Source: an uncultured Chloroflexia bacterium
Lineage (GTDB): Bacteria; Chloroflexota; Limnocylindria; Limnocylindrales; CSP1-4
Assembly (NCBI GenBank): GCA_963755995.1
Contig: CAVWLQ010000003.1
Span: 981,580-1,045,579, forward strand
Direction of reading: 5' to 3'
Length of the DNA: 64,000 nucleotides
Shown: piece by piece, positions 6,306 through 15,381 of the stretch
Numbering within the stretch: position 1 is the first letter of the stretch
Layout of the letters: each line of letters starts with the position of its first letter
The notes under the pieces: generated by a model
The model's database searches: none
Told to the model about the DNA's origin: nothing
The model's input: the letters and a program-made list of their open reading frames with translations, nothing else
Made by a program: the position numbers and the translations under genes

Positions 6306-9038
6306 TCAGCGGTCGCCGACTCGCGAAAGGAGGCCGAGCTCTTCGCCGCGCCGAACGGCGGCCCGGCGGCTATTCACCCCGAGCTTTGCGTAGATGCTCT
6401 TGGTGTGCGAACGGACGGTGCTCAGCCCAACGACCAACTCGTCCGCGATGCCGGAGCCATCAAGATCCGAGGCGAGCAACCGAAGGACATCAAGCTCCCG
6501 CTCGCTGAGCGGCTCAGCGAGACTTTGTCCATCGCCTGAGGGACGGCCGATTCGTCCGAAGGCGTCGACGAGGCGACGAACGTACTCCGGCATGATGTCG
6601 CGTTTGGCGGCCGCCGCCAGCATCGCTGCCATCGGGGCACCCTCGCCCACGAACGATCGGACATAGCCGTCCGGCTCTGCGGTGGCAAGTGCTCGACCGA
6701 GCGGCTCGAGCCCTGCCGTGCTGCGACCGCGCTCGTGCTGAGCCAGCGCCTGCAGGATGAGGATCTCGATGACACTCCGCCACCGCTCCCCCGTTTCGGC
6801 GGCGATGAGCAGCCGCTCGAGAAGTGCGACGGCTTGTTGGATCGAGCGCGGATCATGGACCCGGGTCCCGCGAGCGAGGAGCACCCTCGCGAGGGTGATG
6901 TACTCGTACTCGCTCAGGTAGCTGAGGTCGTCGTCCACTGACAGACCGCGCTCGCCCACCCAGGCCTCTGCCTCGCGCACATGGCCCCGGGCGGCATGGA
7001 TTCGCGCTACTTGCGCCGGGATGGGGCGAACGAGCGGGTAGTACTCGCTCACAAACACACGCTGAGCATCAGCAAGCAATGCGAGGGCACCGTCGGCATC
7101 CCCATCAGCCATACGAAGCTGTGCCTTGGCCACCCGCGACCGGTATGGGTTCTGGGCCAAGCCAGCATTGTCCCCGAGGTCATCACTCTGTCGCAGATGA
7201 CCAGCCGCGCCATCGAGATCGTTCCACTCGAGCAACAGCTCGCTCATCCCGACGTGCATGTCGCCTGCACCACGGAGGACCGTCGTCCGGTCAGTCGCCA
7301 TGCGCAAGCCGCGTTCGTAGGTTCGCATCGCCTCGTGCAGACGACCTTGGGCGACGCGAATCTCCGCCAGTGGTCGGTTGCAACCGATCGCGTCGACGGC
7401 GTGGCCCGCACGCTGCAAGGAGGCCATCGCCTCGGACCAGAAGCCATGGGCCGCCTCGAGGTCGCCGTTCCCCCAATGCGCGAAGGCGAGAAACCCCGCC
7501 CCCCCGGCTCGCCCGAGCGGATCGCCATCGCCGGCCAGGGTGAAGGCTTTCAGCGCGAAGGCTTCTACGCGCTCGGGGTCACCCTCGAGTTGCGCCTGGG
7601 CGGCTCGATACAGGGCGACCGTACTCGGCAACCGCTGGAACTCAGCTTCGTCCGCCACGACCATCGGCCCGGGCGCGATCGTCTGGTTTTCACCCTTGCC
7701 GGATGTCGGTTCCAGCCATCGCTCGGCGCCTTGCAGGAGCGCTTCGATGTCGGCGACCTCGCCATGGGCCATGAGGGTTCCGACATACCCCACGCTCAGG
7801 ACCGGCCGGACCTCGAATAGATAATCGGGAAGCTGCTCGAACCACTGTCGCATCGTCCCCTCTTGGCGCGCCCGGCGGAGCCCCGGGATCGCCAACTCGA
7901 TCATGCCGGCTGCCCGCTCGAAGTCTTCCCCAGCCAGAGCGTGGCGAATGGCGTCGTGTGGCTCGCCACTCTGCTCGAACCAACGGCTCGCGCGCCGGTG
8001 GAGGTCAAGGGCGCGGTCCGGCTCTTCGCGCACCAGGCGCGCCCGGAGGACATCCGCGAACAGGTGGTGGTATCGATACCACTCGCGCCGAGCATCCAGG
8101 GGGATCACAAAGAGATTCCGCCGATCGAGGAGCTCGAGCATGCTCTGGCCGCCGTCGAGACCCGTGACCGCATCGCATAGTGGGCCGGACAGCCGATCGA
8201 GGATGCTCGTCCGTAGGAGGAATTGGCGGATGTCCTCGGGTTGGCGCTGCAGGACTTCCTCGGCGAGGTAGTCGACGACGAAGCGATCGTCTCCAGTGAA
8301 GCTCGCGATGAAGGCACCGATGTCGTCGCGGCCCTGCATCGACAAGGCGGCAAGCTGGAGCGCCGCGATCCAACCCTCGGTCCGCTCCTCCAGCGCGGCG
8401 ACCTCGTCCGACTCGAGGTCCAGATCGGCCGCCTGATTCAGGTATGCCGCGGCCTCGTCATGCGTGAAGCGCAGTTCTGCCGCCCGTACCTCAACGAGTT
8501 GCCCTTGCGCCCGGAGGCGCGCCAGGGGGAGGGCTGGATCGGCGCGCGTTGTGATCGCGACGTGCGCTGATGGTGGCAGGCACTCGACCAGGAACGACAC
8601 CTGGTCGAGGACATCGCTCGCGTCGATGACATGGAAGTCATCGAACACCAACATGACATCGGAGCCGACGGACCCAATCTCGTTAGCGAGTGATGTCACG
8701 ACCGTCTCGATGGGCGGTGGTCGGGACCCCTCCACCATCGCGATGGTCTCTGCGGCCGACGGCACCGCCCGGTGGAACGCGGTGGCGACGCTGAACCAGA
8801 ACGCACTGGATTCGTTCTCGGCTGTATCGAGCGACACCCAGACCGGGAGCAGGTCGTCTGAGACCGAGGCGAGCCAAGTGGCAAGCAGCGTGGTCTTGCC
8901 GAACCCAGGCGGCGCGGAGATGAGAGTGACCTTAGCGTGAGGTGCTCCACGCAACCGCTCCGAAAGCCGATCCCGGCGCACCAAGTCCTCGCGCGGGCGA
9001 GGAACGTAGAACTTCGCATCGGGAAGGGTGCGGGCCAC
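6306..9038 (-). CDS. MalT-like large ATP-binding LuxR-family (LAL / STAND) transcriptional regulator, copy a
   Basis: 910 aa. It has an N-terminal P-loop ([13 protein letters not shown]), a long helical/TPR-like middle region and a C-terminal LuxR HTH ([12 protein letters not shown]...[24 protein letters not shown]). Confidence 0.9.
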   Translation of the reverse strand: MARTLPDAKFYVPRPREDLVRRDRLSERLRGAPHAKVTLISAPPGFGKTTLLATWLASVSDDLLPVWVSLDTAENESSAFWFSVATAFHRAVPSAAETIAMVEGSRPPPIETVVTSLANEIGSVGSDVMLVFDDFHVIDASDVLDQVSFLVECLPPSAHVAITTRADPALPLARLRAQGQLVEVRAAELRFTHDEAAAYLNQAADLDLESDEVAALEERTEGWIAALQLAALSMQGRDDIGAFIASFTGDDRFVVDYLAEEVLQRQPEDIRQFLLRTSILDRLSGPLCDAVTGLDGGQSMLELLDRRNLFVIPLDARREWYRYHHLFADVLRARLVREEPDRALDLHRRASRWFEQSGEPHDAIRHALAGEDFERAAGMIELAIPGLRRARQEGTMRQWFEQLPDYLFEVRPVLSVGYVGTLMAHGEVADIEALLQGAERWLEPTSGKGENQTIAPGPMVVADEAEFQRLPSTVALYRAAQAQLEGDPERVEAFALKAFTLAGDGDPLGRAGGAGFLAFAHWGNGDLEAAHGFWSEAMASLQRAGHAVDAIGCNRPLAEIRVAQGRLHEAMRTYERGLRMATDRTTVLRGAGDMHVGMSELLLEWNDLDGAAGHLRQSDDLGDNAGLAQNPYRSRVAKAQLRMADGDADGALALLADAQRVFVSEYYPLVRPIPAQVARIHAARGHVREAEAWVGERGLSVDDDLSYLSEYEYITLARVLLARGTRVHDPRSIQQAVALLERLLIAAETGERWRSVIEILILQALAQHERGRSTAGLEPLGRALATAEPDGYVRSFVGEGAPMAAMLAAAAKRDIMPEYVRRLVDAFGRIGRPSGDGQSLAEPLSERELDVLRLLASDLDGSGIADELVVGLSTVRSHTKSIYAKLGVNSRRAAVRRGEELGLLSRVGDR

Positions 9039-9235
9039 GCGTCAGGGTATCGCGAGCGCTATCGAGCTGCTCCGCCGATGGGCCCGGGCCGATCTGTCGC
9101 AAGAACGCCGCAGAGCGTCCGAACGTCGTCAGTCTCGGTGCTTGGGGTCGTGATTTCGTGCGACCCTACACTCTCATTGAGGCGTCCGTGACCCGCAGTT
9201 TGCCGCAGCGGCCGCCTCATCCCCAGGAGCTACCA

Positions 9236-11548
9236 ATGACCGGCAAAGCCACCGCAACACGCGGGAACCTGCCGGCGGAGCTGACAAGCTTCATCGGCCG
9301 GCGCCACCAACTCCAAGACGTGAAGTCTGCCTTGACGGGTGCGCGTCTCGTCACCCTTGTCGGTCCTGGCGGGGTTGGTAAGACTCGCTTGGCACTGCGG
9401 TCAGCGAGCGATCTGAGCCGCGGCATCCCCGACGGCGCGTGGATGGTCGAACTCGAGGGACTCCGGGACTCCGAGCTCGTCACCAAGGCTGTCATGACAT
9501 CGCTGGGGCTCCGAGATGAGTCGAGCCGTTGGCCCGTCTCCAGGCTGATCGACTACGTGGCGTCGAAACAGCTTCTACTCGTCCTCGACAACTGCGAGCA
9601 TTTGATTGACGCCTGCGCGGTGCTCTCAGACGCCATTCTCCGTGAGGCCCCGGGCGTGCGGATTCTTGCCACCAGCAGGCAGCCCCTCGGTGTCGCAGGC
9701 GAGACCGTCATCCAGGTCGGCCCGTTATCGGTACCGGAAGACGAGGGGCAGCTCGTGCCGGAACGGATCGCCCAGTGGGACGCGATCGCCTTGCTCGTCG
9801 AGCGAGCGCGTGAGGCTGGCGCGGCGTTCGAGGTGACCCCAGAGAACCAGAAGGCCGTGGTCGAGCTGGCGCGCCGCCTGGATGGGATCCCTCTGGCGAT
9901 CGAGCTCGCGTCCGTCCGTCTCCGCACCCTCGGCCTTGATCAGCTCGTCGAGCGACTGAACGACAGGTTCCATCTGCTGGTCGGGGGAAGCAGGACCGCA
10001 CCGTTGCGCCACCAAACCCTCGAAGCCACCATCGCCTGGAGCCATGATCTGCTGGGTCAAGACGAGCAGGCCCTCCTGCGCTGCCTGTCTGTGTTCGCCG
10101 GTTCGTTCAGCCTGGAGGCGGCCGAGACGGTCGGCCAGGAGAGCGCGACGATGAAGGCCGACCTGTTGGACGTCCTGACCAACCTCGTCGAGCGATCTTT
10201 CGTCATCCGCGAGGGAACGAGTGGAACAGCGCGTTTTCGAATGCATGAAACGATGCGCGAGTTCGCTCGGCTGCGGCTCCTCGAGGCGGACGAGGCGGCG
10301 GCGGCCAGGAGCGCGCACCTCGCCTACTTCGCTGGCCTCTGCCGGTTCAGGGAGGCCGATGTCGCACATGCGGACGTTGCGGGCAGGCTCGCCTGGCTCG
10401 ATGAACTGGACCTCGAAGCGGACAACATCCGCGCCGCTCTGCGGAACTGCCTCGCTGATCCCGATGGCGCGGATCTCGGTCTGACGATGGCGGGCGGTCT
10501 CGGACAGTACTGGAGAAACCGCGCCGTGATAGAGGGCGCCCACTGGATCGACGCCCTGCTCGACCGTCGTGGTGAAGACGACGCCATCCGAAATGAAGCC
10601 CTGTTCGTCAAGGTCGATCTTGCCGTGGTGAAGGGCGACTATGCCGCTGGCCTGAACGCGGCCACCGAAGCCAGCGGGATCGCCCGCCGCTTGAAGGCCG
10701 ACGCGTTGCTGGTCCGGATCCTCGCGAACCAGGCCGCGCTTCAGGTCATTGGGGGCGACCTGTCGGGAGCTCGCGCGACCTCGGCTGACGCTACAGCGCT
10801 CGCGGCACGCCTTGGCGACGACATGTCGTTCATCTCGGCCGCCCAGTCCGATGCCTTCATCGCGTTCCTTGATGGCGACTTCGTCCGGATGCGCGACGTC
10901 GGCCTGGCCGCCGCGGCGCGCTGCCGAGAAGCGAATGAGGCCTTCATCCTCCCAGTACACCTCACCAGCGCGGGAATGGCCGCCTTGATGCTCGGTGAGT
11001 CTGCCGTTGCCGAGACGGCCCTCGTCGATGCCCTGCAGGCCAGCATCGTCATCGACGACCGTCCTGGGTTGGTGCTGAGGATGGAGATGCTCGCAAGCAG
11101 CGCTGCGATGACGGGCAGGGCGCAGCGTGCCGCTGAGCTATTGGGGGCATGCGAGATGCTGCGCGGTCGTATCGGCGCAGAGCTCAGCCCGTTCACGCGT
11201 CAACTCGTCGAGGCGGCTCGAGCACAGGCGCAGGCTGCGCTCGGCGAAACCCGCTTCAAGAAGGCCTTCGACGCGGGAGCCCACCTCGACCGGGACGAGG
11301 CCGTGGGGCTCGCGATCGGCGCGAAGGTGGATCGGGATCCCGCGCCGACGCGCGACCGAACCGGTCACCCGCTCGGCAAACGCGAACAAGAGGTGGCGGA
11401 GCTGATCGCTGTGGGTTTGAGCAACAAAGAGATCGCCTCTCGCCTATTCCTGTCCGAGCGCACCGTGGAGACCCACGTCTACAACATCCTCAACAAGCTT
11501 GGGGTGAACTCCAGGGTCAGCATCGCCTCCTGGGTCACTGCCAAGTAG
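9236..11548 (+). CDS. AAA/NB-ARC-like ATPase - TPR - LuxR HTH transcriptional regulator (COG3903-type)
   Basis: Start chosen at ATG 9236, preceded by AGGAG ([26 protein letters not shown]...). It carries a P-loop ([13 protein letters not shown]) and a C-terminal LuxR HTH ([42 protein letters not shown]). The upstream 98 codons of ORF 8942..11548 are rejected. Confidence 0.85.
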   Translation: MTGKATATRGNLPAELTSFIGRRHQLQDVKSALTGARLVTLVGPGGVGKTRLALRSASDLSRGIPDGAWMVELEGLRDSELVTKAVMTSLGLRDESSRWPVSRLIDYVASKQLLLVLDNCEHLIDACAVLSDAILREAPGVRILATSRQPLGVAGETVIQVGPLSVPEDEGQLVPERIAQWDAIALLVERAREAGAAFEVTPENQKAVVELARRLDGIPLAIELASVRLRTLGLDQLVERLNDRFHLLVGGSRTAPLRHQTLEATIAWSHDLLGQDEQALLRCLSVFAGSFSLEAAETVGQESATMKADLLDVLTNLVERSFVIREGTSGTARFRMHETMREFARLRLLEADEAAAARSAHLAYFAGLCRFREADVAHADVAGRLAWLDELDLEADNIRAALRNCLADPDGADLGLTMAGGLGQYWRNRAVIEGAHWIDALLDRRGEDDAIRNEALFVKVDLAVVKGDYAAGLNAATEASGIARRLKADALLVRILANQAALQVIGGDLSGARATSADATALAARLGDDMSFISAAQSDAFIAFLDGDFVRMRDVGLAAAARCREANEAFILPVHLTSAGMAALMLGESAVAETALVDALQASIVIDDRPGLVLRMEMLASSAAMTGRAQRAAELLGACEMLRGRIGAELSPFTRQLVEAARAQAQAALGETRFKKAFDAGAHLDRDEAVGLAIGAKVDRDPAPTRDRTGHPLGKREQEVAELIAVGLSNKEIASRLFLSERTVETHVYNILNKLGVNSRVSIASWVTAK

Positions 11549-11815
11549 CGACGCGCCCTCGAGGCGGGTGATCTCGCGGAGACGCCCAGGCGGCAGGAGG
11601 GCCAGGCTCATGAAACGTCGCGCCGACTCCATGCTGGCCGCCTCGATGAGGCAGACAAGCCCGCCGTCGTCACGATCGTGGCCCGTAAGGAACGTGCGCA
11701 CAGCGATCGGCGACTCCGGCATCCGGGTCGTCGCTGCGTCCAGCATCCGCGCGGCGCGCTCCAGGTCGCGGTCGCTTGCGTCCGCCATGTGGACCTCGAT
11801 CAAGTAGATAGGCAT
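11444..11815 (-). CDS. DUF4242 family protein
   Basis: [10 protein letters not shown]...[30 protein letters not shown]... fits the roughly 90-aa DUF4242 pattern. The last 35 or so codons overlap the convergent LuxR gene, so the true stop may lie earlier or be obscured by an indel. Confidence 0.6.
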   Translation of the reverse strand: MPIYLIEVHMADASDRDLERAARMLDAATTRMPESPIAVRTFLTGHDRDDGGLVCLIEAASMESARRFMSLALLPPGRLREITRLEGASLLGSDPGGDADPGVHPKLVEDVVDVGLHGALGQE

Positions 11816-11871
11816 GGGCCTGATGTTCGTTGGCCCATCGGGCTTTCCACATCGCGGGGAACACCGAGCGG

Positions 11872-11906
11872 GTACTTAGAAGCAAGCCCTGCGGGTCTCT
11901 AAGTAC
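11872..11906. promoter_or_regulatory. inverted repeat GTACTTAGA-N17-TCTAAGTAC in the divergent DUF4242 / qor-like promoter region
   Basis: Perfect 9-bp arms at 11872-11880 and 11898-11906. They are AT-rich in a very GC-rich context. The left arm starts 57 nt from the DUF4242 start codon. Confidence 0.5.
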
Positions 11907-12005
11907 TCGATAGGTGTTCGCCCGGATGGGCCTGGCGACCCTCATCGGTAGGTTGCAGTCAGGCGCATTCCAGTCGGGTGCGCCAGCCGCCACCGAGGAG
12001 ATCCG

Positions 12006-12980
12006 ATGCAGGCCATCGTCCAGGACAAATACGGCTCAGCCGAGGTTCTCCGCCTCACGGAGATCGAGAAGCCCGCGATCGGGGACCACGATGTGTTGGT
12101 TCGGGTTCGTGCGGCCGGCGTCAACCCGGCCGACTGGGCGCTGATGAACGGCTTCCCGTACATCGCGCGGCCCGCGCCTCTGTACGGCCTGCTCAAGCCA
12201 ACTAACCCGGTCCGCGGAACGGACGTCGCGGGGCAGGTCGAGTCCGTTGGCGGCGGCGTGACGCGGTTCCACCCGGGGGACGAGGTCTTCGGCTCGTCGG
12301 TCGGTTCGTATGCCGAGTTCGCCGCTGCCGCGGAAGACACGCTGGCGATCAAGCCCTCCAACCTGACATTCGACCAGGCGGCCACGGTGCCGATGGCCGG
12401 GACGGTCGCGCTGCAAGCGATCCGCGATCACGGCAAGGTCGGGCCTGGACAGCAGGTGCTGATCAACGGCGCCTCGGGTGGCATCGGCACCTTCGCGGTC
12501 CAGATCGCGAAGGCTCTGGGTGCAGAGGTCACCGCCGTGGCCAGCGCCCGGAACGTCGACCTGCTCCGATCCATCGGCGCGGACCACGTCATCGACTACG
12601 CAACGGAGGACTTCACCCGGACCGGCGAGCGGTACGACTTCATCCTCGACAACGTATCGAACCGCTCGCTGACCGAGCTGCGGCGCGCGCTCACACCGAA
12701 CGGGATGCTCATCCCGAACGGGGGCAATTTCGGCAATCACTGGTTCTCCAGCGCCGGGCGCCTTGTGCGGGCGACCGTGCTGTTCCGCTTCGGCGGCCAG
12801 CGATTGGGGCGGTTCCTGGTGTCCATGAACCACGCAGACCTCGTCGTCCTCAAGGAACTGATCGAGGCCGGCAAGCTCACGCCTGTCATGGATCGCACGT
12901 ATCCGCTGAGCGCCGTGGCGCAGGCGATGGACCACGTGGGCCAGGGACATGCCCAGGGAAAGGTCGCGATCACCGTATGA
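12006..12980 (+). CDS. NAD(P)H:quinone oxidoreductase / zinc-type alcohol dehydrogenase superfamily (MDR) protein
   Basis: 324 aa. VLVRVRAAGVNPADW..., the Rossmann motif INGASGGIGTFAVQIAKALGAEV and the ending ...GHAQGKVAITV are typical of Qor-like MDR enzymes. Confidence 0.85.
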   Translation: MQAIVQDKYGSAEVLRLTEIEKPAIGDHDVLVRVRAAGVNPADWALMNGFPYIARPAPLYGLLKPTNPVRGTDVAGQVESVGGGVTRFHPGDEVFGSSVGSYAEFAAAAEDTLAIKPSNLTFDQAATVPMAGTVALQAIRDHGKVGPGQQVLINGASGGIGTFAVQIAKALGAEVTAVASARNVDLLRSIGADHVIDYATEDFTRTGERYDFILDNVSNRSLTELRRALTPNGMLIPNGGNFGNHWFSSAGRLVRATVLFRFGGQRLGRFLVSMNHADLVVLKELIEAGKLTPVMDRTYPLSAVAQAMDHVGQGHAQGKVAITV

Positions 12981-13054
12981 CGCGCCACCCCACTGCGCTC
13001 GATCCCGACACTCTGCGGCCGTCCGGCCGCCCAATCCATCGACAAGGAGACGAA

Positions 13055-13831
13055 ATGACATCCAACACTCAGCTCCGCGACGCGGTTGGTGAAGCCGACC
13101 TGACGTTGGAGGACCCGCAGGGCCCCGGCAAGCGTTACTCCAGGATCTTCGGCGCGCTCTTTATCGCCGGGTTCCTCTTTTACGGTATCGGCTTCGGCCT
13201 GGTGAGCTCGGTGACTACGGCGCCGGACTTCATGTCGACGCTTGCCGCCAACTCGACCGTGCTCGTGGTTGGCGCATTCCTGATGCTCCTCAACACGGCC
13301 CTCGACATCGGGAAGGGTGTCCTGTTCTTCCCGATCGCTGAGCGCCGGGGCAAGCGCACCGGGCTCGTCTACCTCGCCGCAATCACAGCCCAGGTCGTCC
13401 TCCTGGACCTCGGGGTGCTGTTCCTCCTGATGCTTGTACCGCTGAGCGCATTCGTCACCGGCGCCACCGACAGCTGGGCCACTGGGCTCGGATCGCTCCT
13501 GACGCAGGCGAATACCCTCGCATACGAGCTTGGCCAAGGCACCCTGGCGTTCGGGGCACTGTTCATGACCTGGTTCGTGTTCCGGACGCGGATGGTGCCC
13601 AGAACCCTCGCACTCTGGGGCGTCGTCGGCTACGCGATCCACCTCACTGGAGCGGTTGCCGAGATCTTCGGGGTCCACGTGTCGCTCTTGCTGTCGCTCC
13701 CCGCAGGACTGTTTGAAGTCGCCTTTGGGGTCTGGCTGATCGCCAAGGGGTTCAACTCGATCGTCACGTCGCCTGGTCGAGGACTCGCTGATCGGCCCCA
13801 GCCTTCGGCGACGTTGGCACCGGCTCAATGA
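13055..13831 (+). CDS. DUF4386 membrane protein
   Basis: Internal ATG at 13055, preceded by AAGGAGA. Multi-TM, with the characteristic C-terminus ...MVPRTLALWGVVGYAIHLTGAV...LPAGLFEVAFGVWLIAKGF. Confidence 0.75.
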   Translation: MTSNTQLRDAVGEADLTLEDPQGPGKRYSRIFGALFIAGFLFYGIGFGLVSSVTTAPDFMSTLAANSTVLVVGAFLMLLNTALDIGKGVLFFPIAERRGKRTGLVYLAAITAQVVLLDLGVLFLLMLVPLSAFVTGATDSWATGLGSLLTQANTLAYELGQGTLAFGALFMTWFVFRTRMVPRTLALWGVVGYAIHLTGAVAEIFGVHVSLLLSLPAGLFEVAFGVWLIAKGFNSIVTSPGRGLADRPQPSATLAPAQ

Positions 13832-13936
13832 GCACCGGACTCGGTGCCAAATAGCCCATTCATCGGCGCGTCGGGCCAGTCTCGACGCGTCGGTGCTGCC
13901 ATCCAGACCTGATCTCACGCAAACCTTGAAGAGGAG

Positions 13937-14356
13937 TTGGTCATGAACAAGGCAACGATCACCAGACTGTTCATCGGCGGCGGACTTGCCATCGTCACGG
14001 GAGCCATCGTCGCCGTCATCGCCATCGGGATCGCGATGGCCAACGGCATCTTCGTCGTGAACGGCCCCGATGTCGTAGGAGTCAAGGAAAGCGTGCTCGC
14101 GTTCTCCCTTCTCGGTCTCGCCATCGTCGGTACTGTCGCGATCCTGGCCGGTCTGATCGCGGGTCTTGTGGCGTGGCTCGGAGCGCTGATGAATACCTGG
14201 CAGTTGGACAGCAAGGCCTGGTTCGTCGCTCTTCTGCTGTTTGGGATCTTCAACTTCGGGTTCTTCGCGATGATCGCGTTCCTCGCCGCCGGACCGGATG
14301 GCAAGACCGACGCGGAACTTCGGGGAGCGCAGGCCTCCCGAGCGACACCGGCATGA
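13937..14356 (+). CDS. small membrane protein, unknown function
   Basis: 139 aa with 4 predicted hydrophobic helices. GAGGAG lies upstream. Its stop overlaps the SDR start (ATGA at 14353-14356). Confidence 0.6.
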   Translation: MVMNKATITRLFIGGGLAIVTGAIVAVIAIGIAMANGIFVVNGPDVVGVKESVLAFSLLGLAIVGTVAILAGLIAGLVAWLGALMNTWQLDSKAWFVALLLFGIFNFGFFAMIAFLAAGPDGKTDAELRGAQASRATPA

Positions 14357-15243
14357 CCGGCATGTTCGAGGATGCGACGTCGATGGCCGGGAAGATCGTC
14401 TTGGTCACCGGCGGCACCAGCGGCATCGGCAAGGCGACCGCGACAGGTCTCGCCTCGATGGGAGCCCACGTGGCCATCACCGGACGTGACCTGGGGCGCG
14501 CGGAGGCGGTCGCAGTCGAGATCCGGCGAGCGACCGGCAATCCACGCGTCGATGCGTTTGGCGCTGACTTGTCGTCCCAGGCGCAGGTGCGGCGACTTGC
14601 CGCCGAGGTCCGCGACTCGTACACGCGGCTGGATGTCCTGATCAACAACGTCGGCGGGTTCTGGGCCACCCGACACGTCACGTCGGATGGCCTGGAGCAG
14701 ACCTTTGCCGTGAACCACCTGGCCGCGTTTCTCCTCACCCATCTGCTTCTGGATCGGCTCAAGGCCAGCGCCCCTTCACGAGTGGTCACGGTCTCGTCCG
14801 GCGCCCAGTCGATGGGGACGATCAACTTCGAGGATCTCCAAGGCGAGCGCGCCTACTCGGGACAGGCGGCCTACAACCAGTCGAAGTTGGCCAGCGTGAT
14901 GTTCACGTACGAGCTGGCCCGCCGCCTCGACGGCACTGGTGTGACGGCGACCGTGCTGCATCCAGGAGTGGTCAACACGGCATTTGGTGCCGAGGATCCG
15001 TCGCGGATCTTCAAGATCATCGTCCCATTCGTTCGACCGTTCATGAAGACACCCGAGCAAGGCGCAGCAACGTCCATCTACCTTGCCTCTTCTCGGGCCG
15101 TCGAAGGAATGACTGGCACCTACTTCGCGAACAGCAGGCCCAAGACATCAAACGAGAAGTCGTACAACGAGGAGGCTGCAAGCCGCCTGTGGAGGGTCAG
15201 CACAAGTCTTGTCGGGGCGGAGTCGTCCCGGTACCGCGGCTGA
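14353..15243 (+). CDS. short-chain dehydrogenase/reductase (SDR) family oxidoreductase
   Basis: Start at ATG 14353. It has the TGGTSGIGKAT cofactor motif, NNVG, and the catalytic YNQSK context. Confidence 0.85.
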   Translation: MTGMFEDATSMAGKIVLVTGGTSGIGKATATGLASMGAHVAITGRDLGRAEAVAVEIRRATGNPRVDAFGADLSSQAQVRRLAAEVRDSYTRLDVLINNVGGFWATRHVTSDGLEQTFAVNHLAAFLLTHLLLDRLKASAPSRVVTVSSGAQSMGTINFEDLQGERAYSGQAAYNQSKLASVMFTYELARRLDGTGVTATVLHPGVVNTAFGAEDPSRIFKIIVPFVRPFMKTPEQGAATSIYLASSRAVEGMTGTYFANSRPKTSNEKSYNEEAASRLWRVSTSLVGAESSRYRG

Positions 15244-15381
15244 TTCAGTTGCCACGATCACAAGCCGCGATCAGAAAGGTTCCGTTGGGGCGCCAGTTCC
15301 GATGAGTCCCTCGAAATCGGTCAGCCGGTCGAAGTCTCACTACCTCGTGCGCCAACCGTAGTCAGGTGACGAATCGATTTA

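Noticed and set aside
8942-9235. N-terminal extensions of several track ORFs (8942-9235, 17722-17943, 22930-23067, 37164-37349, 44115-44519, 46303-46629, 12977-13054, 14173-14352, 30513-30614)
   Set aside because: The extensions are Arg/Pro-rich and overlap neighbouring genes or intergenic operators. They are not matched by paralogues. Internal starts with Shine-Dalgarno-like sequences or 4-nt stop/start overlaps fit better.
9725-13918. Long minus-strand ORFs 9725..10960, 12036..13061 and 12737..13918
   Set aside because: Antisense to the LuxR, Qor and DUF4386 genes. Their composition is Arg/Asp/Glu/Gly/Pro-dominated and no family features are present.
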